Shown one piece after another: positions 7,901 through 18,000 of a stretch of 21,599 nucleotides of DNA. The DNA comes from Paraspadella gotoi. Taxonomy: Eukaryota; Animalia; Chaetognatha. Position 1 is the first letter of the stretch, and each line of letters begins with the position of its first letter. Below the pieces are notes generated by a model. That model searched no databases. It was not told the origin of the DNA and worked only from the letters and a program-made list of their open reading frames with translations. A program made the translations under genes and the position numbers. Where the stretch lies: positions 1-21,599 of the forward strand of contig JBJCIZ010001528.1 in NCBI GenBank assembly GCA_051294375.1. The letters are read 5' to 3'.

Positions 7901-8715
7901 ATCTCGTTTTCGGAGAAGGTATCAGCGTCCCAGGCTGCATAATCGACAACCTTCAAAGCGACGACGCCGCTCTCCAAAATCGACGACGAAACCAATTATC
8001 TAAACTTCGTGTTGAAGTCGCTCGACTTCAACCCACGCCAACGTCGGCACACCATCAACCAGCCGTTCATATCCCCAGCAACCTCGACTCAGCTCACTAC
8101 GTTTTCATTCGACGCGCAGGAGTCAACCCGCCTCTCGTTCCACCTTATGAGGGACCATACCGAGTAATAAATCGAAGCGGATTGAATATGACAATCGAAA
8201 TACCTAGCGTCGGCCGAAAAACAGTGAATATAGCTCGAGTTAAACCCGCCTGGGTAAGCGACGAAACGCTGGAACCCGAGCAAAATCATCCACAACGACG
8301 CCAAGTAGGTCGTCAACCCGGCTTGAGAACGAGGAAACCAGCATCAACAAATCGAACAACTCGTGCAAATAATCAACGCGCAGCGTCGCCAGATTCGCTC
8401 GATTCTCCGACTTCTCCTCCCCCCCCACCCCCCTCCCCGTCCCAACATCCTCACCGTCCACCCGATCTCCAACCATCTCCCGAGCCTCCACGCACGACGA
8501 GTCGAGAATTAAATCGAGACGAGGACAACAACAACAACAACAACAACAAGCGCGAAAAAAGAAATGAGCCAACGATCGAGCGATTTTCGAAAAAATGCTC
8601 AACGAACAATCGCAAAGCTTATTCAGTTGTTCTTAAAGAGATGCTCAGAAGACAAAAAGAACAAAATGACAACCACAAAAAACAAAAAGCAAAATCCCCC
8701 TGTCAGCCTTGCTGA
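4834..8715 (+). CDS. pol: Pol polyprotein (aspartic protease, reverse transcriptase, RNase H, integrase), probably made as Gag-Pol by -1 frameshift at ~4921-4927
   Basis: Uninterrupted 1293-codon ORF. PR: WLVDGGA (D at 5041) and ILGADFL. RT: DYRRLN, FSKIDLLKGYHQI, PFGLKNA and YLDD (5935-5946). RNase H: TDAS (6382-6393), YTDH and ADALSR (6715-6732). IN: HHCC (7282-7395), D (7480), D (7654), 35 residues, E (7762), and GPY (8152-8160). The ATG at 4834 is probably not the real start. Confidence 0.97.
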   Translation: MSKARQVRRRSLVVRARMRQVRRHPEKERGKRQRGTTSVNAVPQASSNSPTSNHLLHIRDAKDRTKWLVDGGALLSIVPPSSEQRRRGPDPKIKLQAANGSPIDCYGTINRSVQLGNRKFDYEFVVADVRQHILGADFLAENFLAPNHRDGLLLDLRDYSTIAASLATEETSHVNFVDRQGEKFYKLLDSFPSLSTPTFEVKDPKHGVTHSIPTEGRPCQSRARRLDPEKLAVAKRELEKMVSLGIAKRGKSEWSSPLHVVEKPDGGWRCCGDYRRLNAQTIDDRYPVKLLTDFNSQLEGKTIFSKIDLLKGYHQIPVNPEDVKKTAVITPFGLYVFPRCPFGLKNAGQDFQRLMDEILGEIPHTFVYLDDILVASASPEEHYQDLERVFKALDANGLVVNTKKCLLGQESLEFLGFLVDKHGVRPLPKRVQTLQETTRPTTIKELQRFLGMINYYRRFIPKVAHRCAPLYEALSGKPKNLDWTDDCERAFEAIKEGLIQAALLHHPRTGAQLCVTTDASDQAVGAVLEQRGPKGWEPLAFFSTKLAKNQKLWPPFDKELFGAFKAVRHFRHWIEGRAFTLYTDHQSLVTAIKKKAEPQTMRQSYQLSVIAEFTTDVRYLKGKANVVADALSRPNASSMPHTTTSATPATTTTTSALISTSSASSTTSLVASIPSTSELSSSPSSASNQPSSLSSSSASPTTTSATETNLSALPPHTTSTGNSPPPLLSEKRIKTNQLEDAQAVIASLTSFEINFEQMAREQTLDPDFKKISEDARSGLTFRKIKVGDQDLLADISNGPARPFVPVSWRRKVFEVIHGLGHPGVEATRKAVASKFVWNSMRQDVSKWTRECLDCQRAKITRHVIPEIGEFKVPPRRFQHLNLDLVKMPKSNGYSHLLTIVDRFSRWPSAIPIKDTLTTTILDALSHEWICIFGTPSVITTDRGTQFGSALWRQLTKQWGIKHQTTTAYHPQANGLVERFHRRLKESLIALAKENREKWYWELPMTLLAIRTTVKEDIGASAADLVFGEGISVPGCIIDNLQSDDAALQNRRRNQLSKLRVEVARLQPTPTSAHHQPAVHIPSNLDSAHYVFIRRAGVNPPLVPPYEGPYRVINRSGLNMTIEIPSVGRKTVNIARVKPAWVSDETLEPEQNHPQRRQVGRQPGLRTRKPASTNRTTRANNQRAASPDSLDSPTSPPPPPPSPSQHPHRPPDLQPSPEPPRTTSRELNRDEDNNNNNNNKREKRNEPTIERFSKKCSTNNRKAYSVVLKEMLRRQKEQNDNHKKQKAKSPCQPC
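4921..4982 (+). promoter_or_regulatory. Programmed -1 ribosomal frameshift signal
   Basis: The slippery heptamer G_GGA_AAC (4921-4927) is correctly phased in the gag frame, and pol is in the -1 frame. After a 6-nt spacer comes a perfect 8-bp stem, GGGGGACG (4934-4941) / CGTCCCCC (4956-4963). Loop GGTGA (4947-4951) can pair with TCACC (4978-4982). Confidence 0.85.
8527..8547 (+). repeat. (AAC)7 microsatellite encoding poly-Asn in the integrase tail
   Basis: Seven perfect AAC repeats, in frame. Confidence 0.95.
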
Positions 8716-9039
8716 CAACCGGAGCTATCCCCGCATCCGCGCGCATCCTCGGTCTTCCTCCCGCCAGCTCCGGCTGCCAGTTCATCTATTTTTAATGTTA
8801 ATATTGAATTTTCGTTGTAAATTTTAGTAATTCATTGATTTTTGATTGTTATGGATTTTCGTGTGAAGATGTGGAAAGTTTATTTGCGAATATTTTTCTG
8901 CACGTTTAAAACCGGTCTTTAGACCATTTTTCGTTGTATATAAGTTTATACATATTATTTTAATTATTTAAACATCATTCTTTCAAGCATTCAGATCGAC
9001 GACAACATTTTGTGTCATAAATTTTCCTATATTTATAAC

Positions 9040-9048
9040 AGGGGGGCA
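9040..9048 (+). promoter_or_regulatory. Polypurine tract (PPT)
   Basis: AGGGGGGCA lies immediately before the TG at 9049 that opens the 3' LTR. Confidence 0.75.
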
Positions 9049-9088
9049 TGCGGCCATCTGAAACAATTAGATCTTTATCAGAAATAAT
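9049..9088 (+). repeat. First ~40 bp of the 3' LTR (interrupted)
   Basis: TGCGGCCATCTGAAACAATTAGATCTTTATCAGAAATAAT matches ~3079-3119 with a few indels. Similarity stops at 9088. Confidence 0.85.
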
Positions 9089-9099
9089 AATTATGTATG

Positions 9100-12000
9100 A
9101 TGAGTATTTTCTTGATAAAGTGTATTTCTCTTGGAAATATGTCTGTCGCGCGTATACGTTTTATCTACTTTACTCATAAAGCGTTTATCGGTGTTTATAA
9201 CTTCCTTACTCATTGGAATAAAACGTTTCCTTTTTTAGTTTTATCTTCATGGTATAATATATTCTGTCGTTATATTAGTCTATATTCTTTTTACAAGAAA
9301 AAGTCGTTTTCTGGTGTATTTATACGTTTCTATCTATTGAGAGTGAAGAAAGCTGACAGTAAAATTAAAGGAGAATAAGAGAGATGAGAAAGGAGACATA
9401 ATAAATAAAAGAGAGGAAATTTGTTTGTTTTGAATGAAACGTATTAAAAATATATTTATAACTGTCGCTTACGCCAATTTTAACAACCTCATGATGGTAT
9501 TTGCAGAGTATTTAACGTTTTTATTTCTTTTTTCTTTGAAAATATCGTTTATCGGTGTTTTTAGAAATTTTTAATATCTTTTTACATTGGAAAAAGCGTT
9601 TTTCCCTTCTGTTTTTTAAAGTTGTTATCTCTTTGGAAAATATCGTCTGCCGGTTGTATTTAAAGTTTTTATCACTTTTACTTAAGAAGTCCGTTTAATG
9701 CTGGTGTTTTTTTTTAACTCTTTTTAACATTGGAAAAACGTTTGCGCGTTTTTTTAAAGTTTTTATTTCTTTTTACATTGGAAAAAAATCGTTTTCTGTT
9801 ATTTTTAAGTTTTCATAATCTTTTACAGAAAAAAATCGTTTTCCTGGTGTATTTAACGTTTTTATCTATTTGAGAGTGGAGAAAAGCTCAATAAAATTAA
9901 AGAGAAAAGAGAGAGAGAAGGAGACATAAAAAATAAAAAGAGAGGAAATTTGCTTTGTTTTGATAAAAATATATTTAATAACTGTCTCACCTTAGGCCAA
10001 TTTTAACAACCTCGATGATGTTATTTGCAGAAGTATTTAACGTTTTATTATTTTCTTTTTTCTTTGAATATCTGTTTTCCGGTGTTTTAGAATTTTTTAT
10101 CTCTTTTTACATTGGAAAAAGCGTTTTTCTTTGTTTTTAAAAGTTGTTATCTCTCGGAAATATCGTGCTGCGTGTGTATTTAACGTTTTTATTACTTTTT
10201 ACTTTAGAAAAGTCGTTTATCGCGTGTTTTTTAACTTCATTTTTACATTGGAAAAAACGTTTGCCGTTTTTTTTTTAAGTTTTTATTTCTTTTTTAACAT
10301 TGGAAAAAATCGTTTCTGTTTATTTTTAAAAGTTTTCATATCTTTTTAGCAGAGAAAAAGTCGTTTTCTGGTGTATTTAACGTTTATATCTATTGAGAGT
10401 GAAGAAAGCTACATAAAAATTAAAAGAAAGAGAGGAGAGAGAGAGCATAAAAAATAAAAGAGAGGAAATTTGTTTGTTTTGATAAAAGTATAAGTTTAAT
10501 AACTGTCCTACCAATTTTAACACCTCGATGTGTTATTTGCAGAAGTATTTAACGTTTTTATTTTTTTTTTTCTTTGAAAATATCGTTTTCCGGTTTTTAG
10601 AAATTTTTTATCTCTTTTTTACATTGGAAAAAAGCGTTTTTCTTTGTTTTTAAAGTTGTTATCTCTTTGGAAATAGTCGTCTGCTGGTGTATTTAACGTT
10701 TTTATTACTTTTTACTTTAAGAAAAGTCGTTTATCGGTGTTTTTTAACTCCTTTTTACATTGGAAAAACGTTTGCCGTTTTTTTTTAAAAGTTTTTTTAT
10801 TTCTTTTTACATTGAAAAAATCGTTTTTGTTATTTTTAAAGTTTTCATATCTTTTTACAGAGAAAAAGTCGTTTTCTGGTGTATTTAAGCGTTTTTATCT
10901 CTTTGAGAGTGAGAGAAAGCTACATAAAATTAAAGAAGAAAAGAGAGAGAGAAGGAGACATAAAAATAAAAGAGAGGAAATTTGTTTGTTTTGATAAAAA
11001 AGATATTTAATAACTGTCCTCACCCAATTTTAACAACCTCGATGATGTTATTTGCAGAAGTATTTAACGTTTTATTTCTTTTTTCTTTGAAAATATCGTT
11101 TTTCCGGTGTTTTAGAAATTTTTTTATCTCTTTTTACATTGGAAAAAGCGTTTTTCTTTGTTTTTAAATTGTTATCCTCTTTGGAAATATCGTCTGCCCG
11201 GTGTATTTAACGTTTTTATTAACTTTTACTTTAGAAAAGTCGTTTAATCGGTGTTTTTTAACTCCTTTTTACATTGGAAAAAACGTTTGCCGTTTTTTTT
11301 TTAAAGTTTTTATTTCTTTTTACATTGGAAAAATCGTTTTCTGTTATTTTTAAAGTTTTCATATCTTTTTAACAGAGAAAAGTCGTTTTCCTGGTGTATT
11401 TTAACGTTTTTATCTATTGAGAGTAGAAGAAGCATACTAAAATTAAAAGAAAAGAGAGAGAGAAGGAGACATAAAAATAAAAGAGGGAAATTTGTTTGTT
11501 TTTGATAAAAGAGATATTTAATAACTGTCCTCACCCAATTTTAAACAACCTCGATGATGTTATTTGGCAGAAGTATTTAACGTTTTATTTTTTTTTCTTT
11601 AAAATATCGTTTTCCGGTTTTAGAAATTTTTTATCTCTTTTACATTGGAAAAAGCGTTTTTTTTGTTTTTAAAGTTGTTATCTCTTATGGAAATATCTCT
11701 GCTGGTGTATTTAACCGTTTTTATTACTTTTTACTTTAGAGAAAAGTCGTTTATCGGTGTTTTTTTAACTCTTTTACATTGGAAAAAACGTTTGCCTTTT
11801 TTTAAGTTTTATTTCTTTTTACAGTTGGAAATCGTTTTCTGTTATTTTTTAAAGTTTTCATATCTTTTTTACAGAGAAAAAGTCGTTTTCTGGTGTATTT
11901 AACGTTTTTATCTTTGAGAGTGAGAGAAAGCTACATAAAATTAAAGAGAAAAGAGAGAGAAGGAGACATAAAAATAAAAGAGAGGAAATTTGTTTTTTTG

Positions 12001-15000
12001 ATAAAAAGATATTTAATAACTGTCCTCCAATTTTAAACACCTCGATGATGTTATTTGCGCAGAAGTATTTAACGTTTTTATTGTCTCTTTTTCTTTGAAA
12101 ATATGTTTTCCGGTGTTTTAGAAATTTTTTATCTCTTTTTACATTGGAAAAAGCGTTTTTCTTTGTTTTTAAAGTGTTATCTTCTTTGGAATATCGTCTG
12201 CCGGTGTATTTAACGTTTTATTCACTTTTTACTTTAGAAAAGTCGTTTATCGGTGTTTTTAACTCTTTTTACTCGGAAAAACGTTTGCCTTTTTTTTTAA
12301 GTTTTTATTCTTTTTTACATTGGAAAAAATCGTTTTCTGTTATTTTTAAAGTTTTCATATCTTTTTACAGAGAAAAAGTCGTTTTCCTGGATGTATTTAA
12401 ACGTTTTTATCTATTGAGAGTGAGAGAAAGCTACATAAAATTAAAGAGAAAAGAGAGAGAGAAGGAGACATAAAAATAAAAGAAGGGAAATTTGTTTGTT
12501 TGTTGTATAAAAAGATATTTAATAAACTGTCCTACCCAATTTTAACAACCTCGGATGATGTTATTTGCAGAAGTATTTAACGTTTTTATTTCTTTTTTCT
12601 TTGAAAATATCGTTTTCCGGTGTTTTAGAAATTTTTTAATCTCTTTTTACATTGGAAAAAGCGTTTTTTCTTGTTTTTAAAGTTGTTATCTCTTTGGAAA
12701 TATCGTCTGCCGGTGTATTTAACGTTTTTATCACTTTTTACTTTAGAAAAGTCGTTTATCGGTGTTTTTTAACTCTTTTTTACAATTGGAAAAATCGTTT
12801 GCCTTTTTTTTTTAAAGTTTTTATTTCTTTTTACATTGGAAAATCGTTTTCTGTTATTTTTAAAGTTTTTATCTTTTTAGCAGAGAAAAAGTCGTTTTCC
12901 TGGTGTATTTAACGTTTTTATCTTTGAGAGTGAGAGAAAGCTACATAAAATTAAAGAGAAAAGAGAGAGAGAAGGAGACATAAATAAAAAGAAGGAAATT
13001 TGTTTGTTTTGATAAAAGAAGGTATTTAATAACTGTCCTACCCATTTTAACACACCTCGATGATGTTATTTTGCCAGAAGTATTTAACGTTTTTATTTCT
13101 TTTTTTCTTTGAAATATATTCTTTTCCGGTGTTTTAGAATTTTTTATCTCTTTTTACATTGGAAAAAGCGTTTTTCTTTGTTTTTTAAAGTTGTTATCTC
13201 TTTTGGAAATATCGTCTGCCGGTGTATTTAACGTTTTATATCACTTTTTATTTAGAAAAGTCGTTTATCGGTGTTTTTTAACTCTTTTTACATTGGAAAA
13301 ATCGTTTGCCGGTTTTTTTTTAAAGTTTTTATTTCTTTTTACATTGGAAAAAATGTTTTTCTGTTATTTTAAAAGTTTTCATATCTTTTTACAGAGAAAA
13401 AGTCGTTTTCTGGTGTATTTAACGTTTTTCTTATTGAGAGTGAGAGAAAGCTACATAAAATTAAAGAGAAAAGAGAGAGAGAAGGAGACATAAAAATAAA
13501 GAGAGGAAATTTGTTTGTTTTGATAAAAAGATATTTAATAACTGTCCTCACCAATTTTAACAACCTCGATGATGTTATTTGCAGAAAGTATTTAACGTTT
13601 TTATTTCTTTTTTCTTTGAAAATATCGTTTTCCGGTGTTTTAGAAATTTTTTATCTCTTTTACATTGGAAAAAGCGTTTTTCTTTGTTTTTAAAGTTGTT
13701 ATCGTCTTTGAAATATCGTCTGCCGTGTATTTACGTTTTTATTCACTTTTACTTTAGAAAAGTCGTTTATCGGTGTTTTTTAACTCTTGTTTTACATTTG
13801 GAAAAAACGTTTGCCGGTTTTTTTTTAAGTTTTTTTATTTCTTTTACATTGGAAAAAATTCGTTTCGTTATTTTTAAAGTTTTCATATCTTTTTACTGAG
13901 AAAAAGTCGTTTTCTCTGGTGTATTTAACGTTTTATCTTTTGAGGAGTGAGAGAAAGCTACATAAAATTAAAGAGAAAAAGGAGAGAGAAGGAGACATTA
14001 AAAATAAAAGAGAGGAAATTGTTTGTTTTGATAAAAAGTATTTAATAACTGTCCGTCACCCAATTTTAACAACCTCGATGATGTTATTTGCAAAGAATTT
14101 TAACGTTTTTATTTCTTTTTTCTTTGAAAATAATCGTTTTCTGGTGTTTTTTAGAAATTTTTTATCTCTTTTTACATTGGAAAAAAAGCGTTTTCTTTGT
14201 TTTTAAAGTTTGTTATCTCTTTGGAAATATCGTCTGCCGCTGTATTTAAACGTTTTTATTCACTTTTTACTTTAGAAAAGTCGTTTATCGGTGTTTTTTA
14301 ACTCTTTTTACATTGGAAAAACGTTTGCCGTTTTTTTTTTAAGTTTTTATTTCTTTTTACATTGAAAAAAAATCGTTTCTGTTTATTTTTTAAAAGTTTT
14401 CATTATCTTTTTACAGAGAAAAAGTCGTTTTCTGTGTGTATTTAACGTTTTTATCTTTGAGAGTGAGAGAAAGCTACATAAAATTAAAGAGAAAGAGAGA
14501 GAGAAGGAAGACATAAAAATAAAAGAGAGGAAATTTGTTTGTTTTATAGTAATAAAAAGATATTTAATAACTGTCCTACCCAATTTGTTAAACAACCTCG
14601 ATGAATGTTATTTGCAGAAGTATTTAACGTTTTTATTTCTTTTTTTCTTTGAAAAAATATCGTTTTCTCGGTGTTTTAGAAATTTTTTTTATCTCTTTTT
14701 ACATTGGAAAAAGCGTTTTTCTCTTGTTTTTAAAGTTGTTATCTCTTTGGAAATATCGGTCTGCCGTGTATTTAACGGTTTTTATCAACTTTTTACTTTA
14801 GAAAAGTCGTTTATCGGTGTTTTTAATACTCTTTTAATTGGAAAATCGTTTGCCGTTTTTAAAGTTTTTTGAATGTTCTTTTTAGCATTGGAAAAATTCG
14901 TTTTTTTGTTATTTTAAAAGATTTTCAATATCTTTTTACAGAAGCAAAAAGTCGTTTTCTGGTGTATTTTAACGTTTTTTATCTTTATGAGAGTGAGGAG

Positions 15001-18000
15001 AAAAGCTACATAAAATTAAAAGAAAAGAGATAGAGAGAGGAGACATAAAAAATAAAAGAGAGGAAATTTGTTTGTTTTAATAAAAAAGATATTTAATAAC
15101 TGTACTCACGCCAATTTTAACAACCTCGATGAATGTTATTTGCAGAAGTATTTAACGTTTTTATTTGCTTTTTTTTCTTTTGAAATATCGTTTTCTCGGT
15201 GTTTTTAGGAAATTTTTTATCTCTTTTTTACATTGGAAAAAGCGTTTTTTCTTGTTTTTAAAGTTGTTATCCTCTTTGGAAATATCGTCTGCCGGTGTAT
15301 TTAACGTTTTTTATCACTTTTACTTAGAAAAGTCGTTTATCGGTGTTTTTTACTCTTTTTTACATTGGAAAAAATCGTTTGCCGGTTTTTTAAAAAGTTT
15401 TTATTTCTTTTTACAATGGAAAAATCAGTTTTCTGTTATTTTTAAAGTTTTCATATCTTTTTTACAGATAAAAAGTCGTTTTCTGGTGTATTTAACGTTT
15501 TTATCTATTGAGAGTGAGACAAAGCTACATAAAATTAAAGAGAAAAGAGAGAGAGAAGTGAGACATAAAAAAAAAAGAGAGGAAATTTGTTGTTTTAATA
15601 AAAAGATATTTAATAACTGTACCACCGCCAATTTTAACAACCTCGATGATGTTATTTGCAGAAGTATTTAACGTTTTTATTATTTTCTTTTTCTTTGAAA
15701 ATATCGTTTTCCGGTGTTTTAGAAATTTTTTATCTCTTTTACATTGGAAAAGCGTTTTTCTCTGTTTTTAAAGTTGTTATCTCTTTGGAAATATCGTCTG
15801 CCGTGTATTTAAACGTTTTTATCACTTTTTACTTTAGAAAAGTCGTTTATCGGTGTTTTTTAACTCTTTTTTACATTGGAAAAAACGTTTGCCGTTTTTT
15901 AAAGTTTTTATTTCTTTTTACATGGAAAAAAATCGTTTTCTGTTATTTTATAAAGTTTCATATCTTTTTACAGAAAAAAGTCGTTTTCTGGTGTATTTAA
16001 CGTTTTTATCTATTGAGAGTGAGAGAAAGCTACATAAAATTAAAAGAGAAAAGAGAGAGAGAAGGAGACATAAAAAAAAAGAGAGGAATTTGTTTGTTTT
16101 GATAAAAAGATATTTAATAACTGTACCTACCCAATTTTAACAACCTCGATGATGTTAATTTGGCAGAAGTATTTAACGTTTTTATTTCTTTTTTTTTAAA
16201 AAATATCGTTTTCCCGGTGTTTTAGAAATTTTTTATCTACTTTTTTACGATTGGAAAAAGCGTTTTTTCTTTGTTTTAAGTTGTTATCCTTTGGAAATAT
16301 CGTCCTGCCGGTATATTAACGGTTTTACACTTTTTACTTTTAGAAAAGTCGTTTATCGGTGTTGTTTTTTTTACACTCTTTTTACATTGGAAAAAACGTT
16401 TGCCGTTTTTTTTTTATAAAGTTTTTTATTTCTTTTGTTACATTGAAAAAAATCGTTTTTCTGTTATTTTTAAAGTTTTCATATCTTTTTAACAGAGAAA
16501 AAGTCGTTTTCTCTGGTGTATTTAACGTTTTTTATCTATTGAGATTGAGAAAAAGCTACATAAAATTAAAGAAAAAGAGAGGGAAGGAACATAAAAATAA
16601 AAGAGAGGAAATTTGTTTGTTTTGATAAAATAAGATTTTAATAAAACTGTCTCACCAATTTTAACAACACCTCATGATGTATTTGCAGAAGGTATTTATA
16701 TGTTTTTAATTTTTTTTCTTTAAAAATATCGTTTTCCCGGTGTTTTTAAATTTTTTATCCTCTTTTTACATTGGAAAAAGCGTTTTTCCTTCTGTTTTAA
16801 AAGTTGTTATCTCTTTGGAAATATCGCTGCCCGCCGTTGTATTTAAGTTTTATCGTTTTTACACTTTTTACTTTAGGAAAAGTTCGTTTATCCGGTTGTT
16901 TTTTAACTCTTTTTAACATTGGGAAAAAAACGTTTGCCGTTTTTTTTTTTTAAGTTTTTTATTTCTTTTACATTGGAAAAAATCGTTTTCTGTTATTTTT
17001 AAAGTTATCATATCTTTTTACAGAGAAGAAAAGTCGTTTCTGGTGTATTGTAACGTTTTTATCTTTGAGAGTGAGAGAAAGCTACATAAAATTAAAGATA
17101 AAAGAGAGAGAGAAGGAGACATAAAAATAAAAGAGAGGAAATTTGTTTGTTTTTGATAAAACTATAAGATATTTAATAACTGTCTCTACCTCAATTTTAA
17201 ACAAACCTCGATGATGGTTATTTGCGGAAGTATTTAAAGTTTTTATTTTTCTTTTTCTTTTCTTTTGAAAAATATCGTTTTCCGGGTGTTTTAGAATTTT
17301 TTATCTCTTTTTCATTGGAAAAGCGTTTTTTCTCTGTTTTTTAAGTGTTATCTCTTTGGAAATAATCGTCTGCCGGTGTATTACGTTTTATCACTTTTTT
17401 ACTTAGAGAAAGTTTCGTTTATCGGTGTTTTTTTAACTCTTTTTACATTGGAAAAAACGTTGCCGTTTTTTAAAGTTTTTATTTCTTTTTTACATTGGAA
17501 AAAATCTGTTTTGCTGTTATTTTTTAAAGTTTCATATCTTTTACAGAGTAAAAGTCGTTTTCTGGTGTGATTTAACGTTTTATCTATTGAGAGTGAGAAG
17601 AAAGCCTAACATAAAATAAAAGAAACAGAGAGAGAGAAGGAGACATAAAAATAAAAGAGAGAAATTTGTTTGTTTTGAATAAAAAGATAAGTTTAATAAC
17701 TGTCTTACTCACCAATTTTAACAAACCTCATGATGTTATTGTGCAGAAGTATTTAACGTTTTTATTTCATTTTTTCTTTGAAAATATCGTTTTCCGGTGT
17801 TTTAGAGAATTTGTTTAATCTCTTTTTACATTGGAAAAAGCGTTTTTCTTCTGGTTTTTTAAAGTTGTTATCTCTTTTGGAAATATCGTCTGGCCGGTGT
17901 ATTTAACGTTTTTATCACTTTTATATGGAAAAGTCCGTTTATCCGGTGTTTTTTTTAAACTCTTTTTAGCATTGGAAAAAAACGGTTTCCGGTTTTTTTT

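Larger units (their letters stand above)
3074..9088 (+). mobile_element. Ty3/Gypsy (Metaviridae) LTR retrotransposon, CsRn1/Boudicca/Kabuki-like, with intact ORFs and an interrupted 3' LTR
   Basis: The order is LTR, PBS, gag, pol (PR-RT-RH-IN, the Gypsy order), PPT, start of LTR. Gag carries the Cx2Hx9Cx3C motif characteristic of the CsRn1 group. The clade call is from motifs, not phylogeny. Confidence 0.95.

Noticed and set aside
3992-8602. Antisense and alternate-frame ORFs within gag/pol, including the Asp/Val-rich 6753-7034 and poly-Cys 8240-8602
   Set aside because: They are shadows of the sense ORFs. The D/V and C runs mirror the TCG/ACA and AAC repeats.
8564-9040. env-like third ORF or chromodomain
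   Set aside because: Only ~330 bp lie between the pol stop and the PPT. The 87-aa overlapping ORF lacks env features, and no chromodomain pattern is visible.
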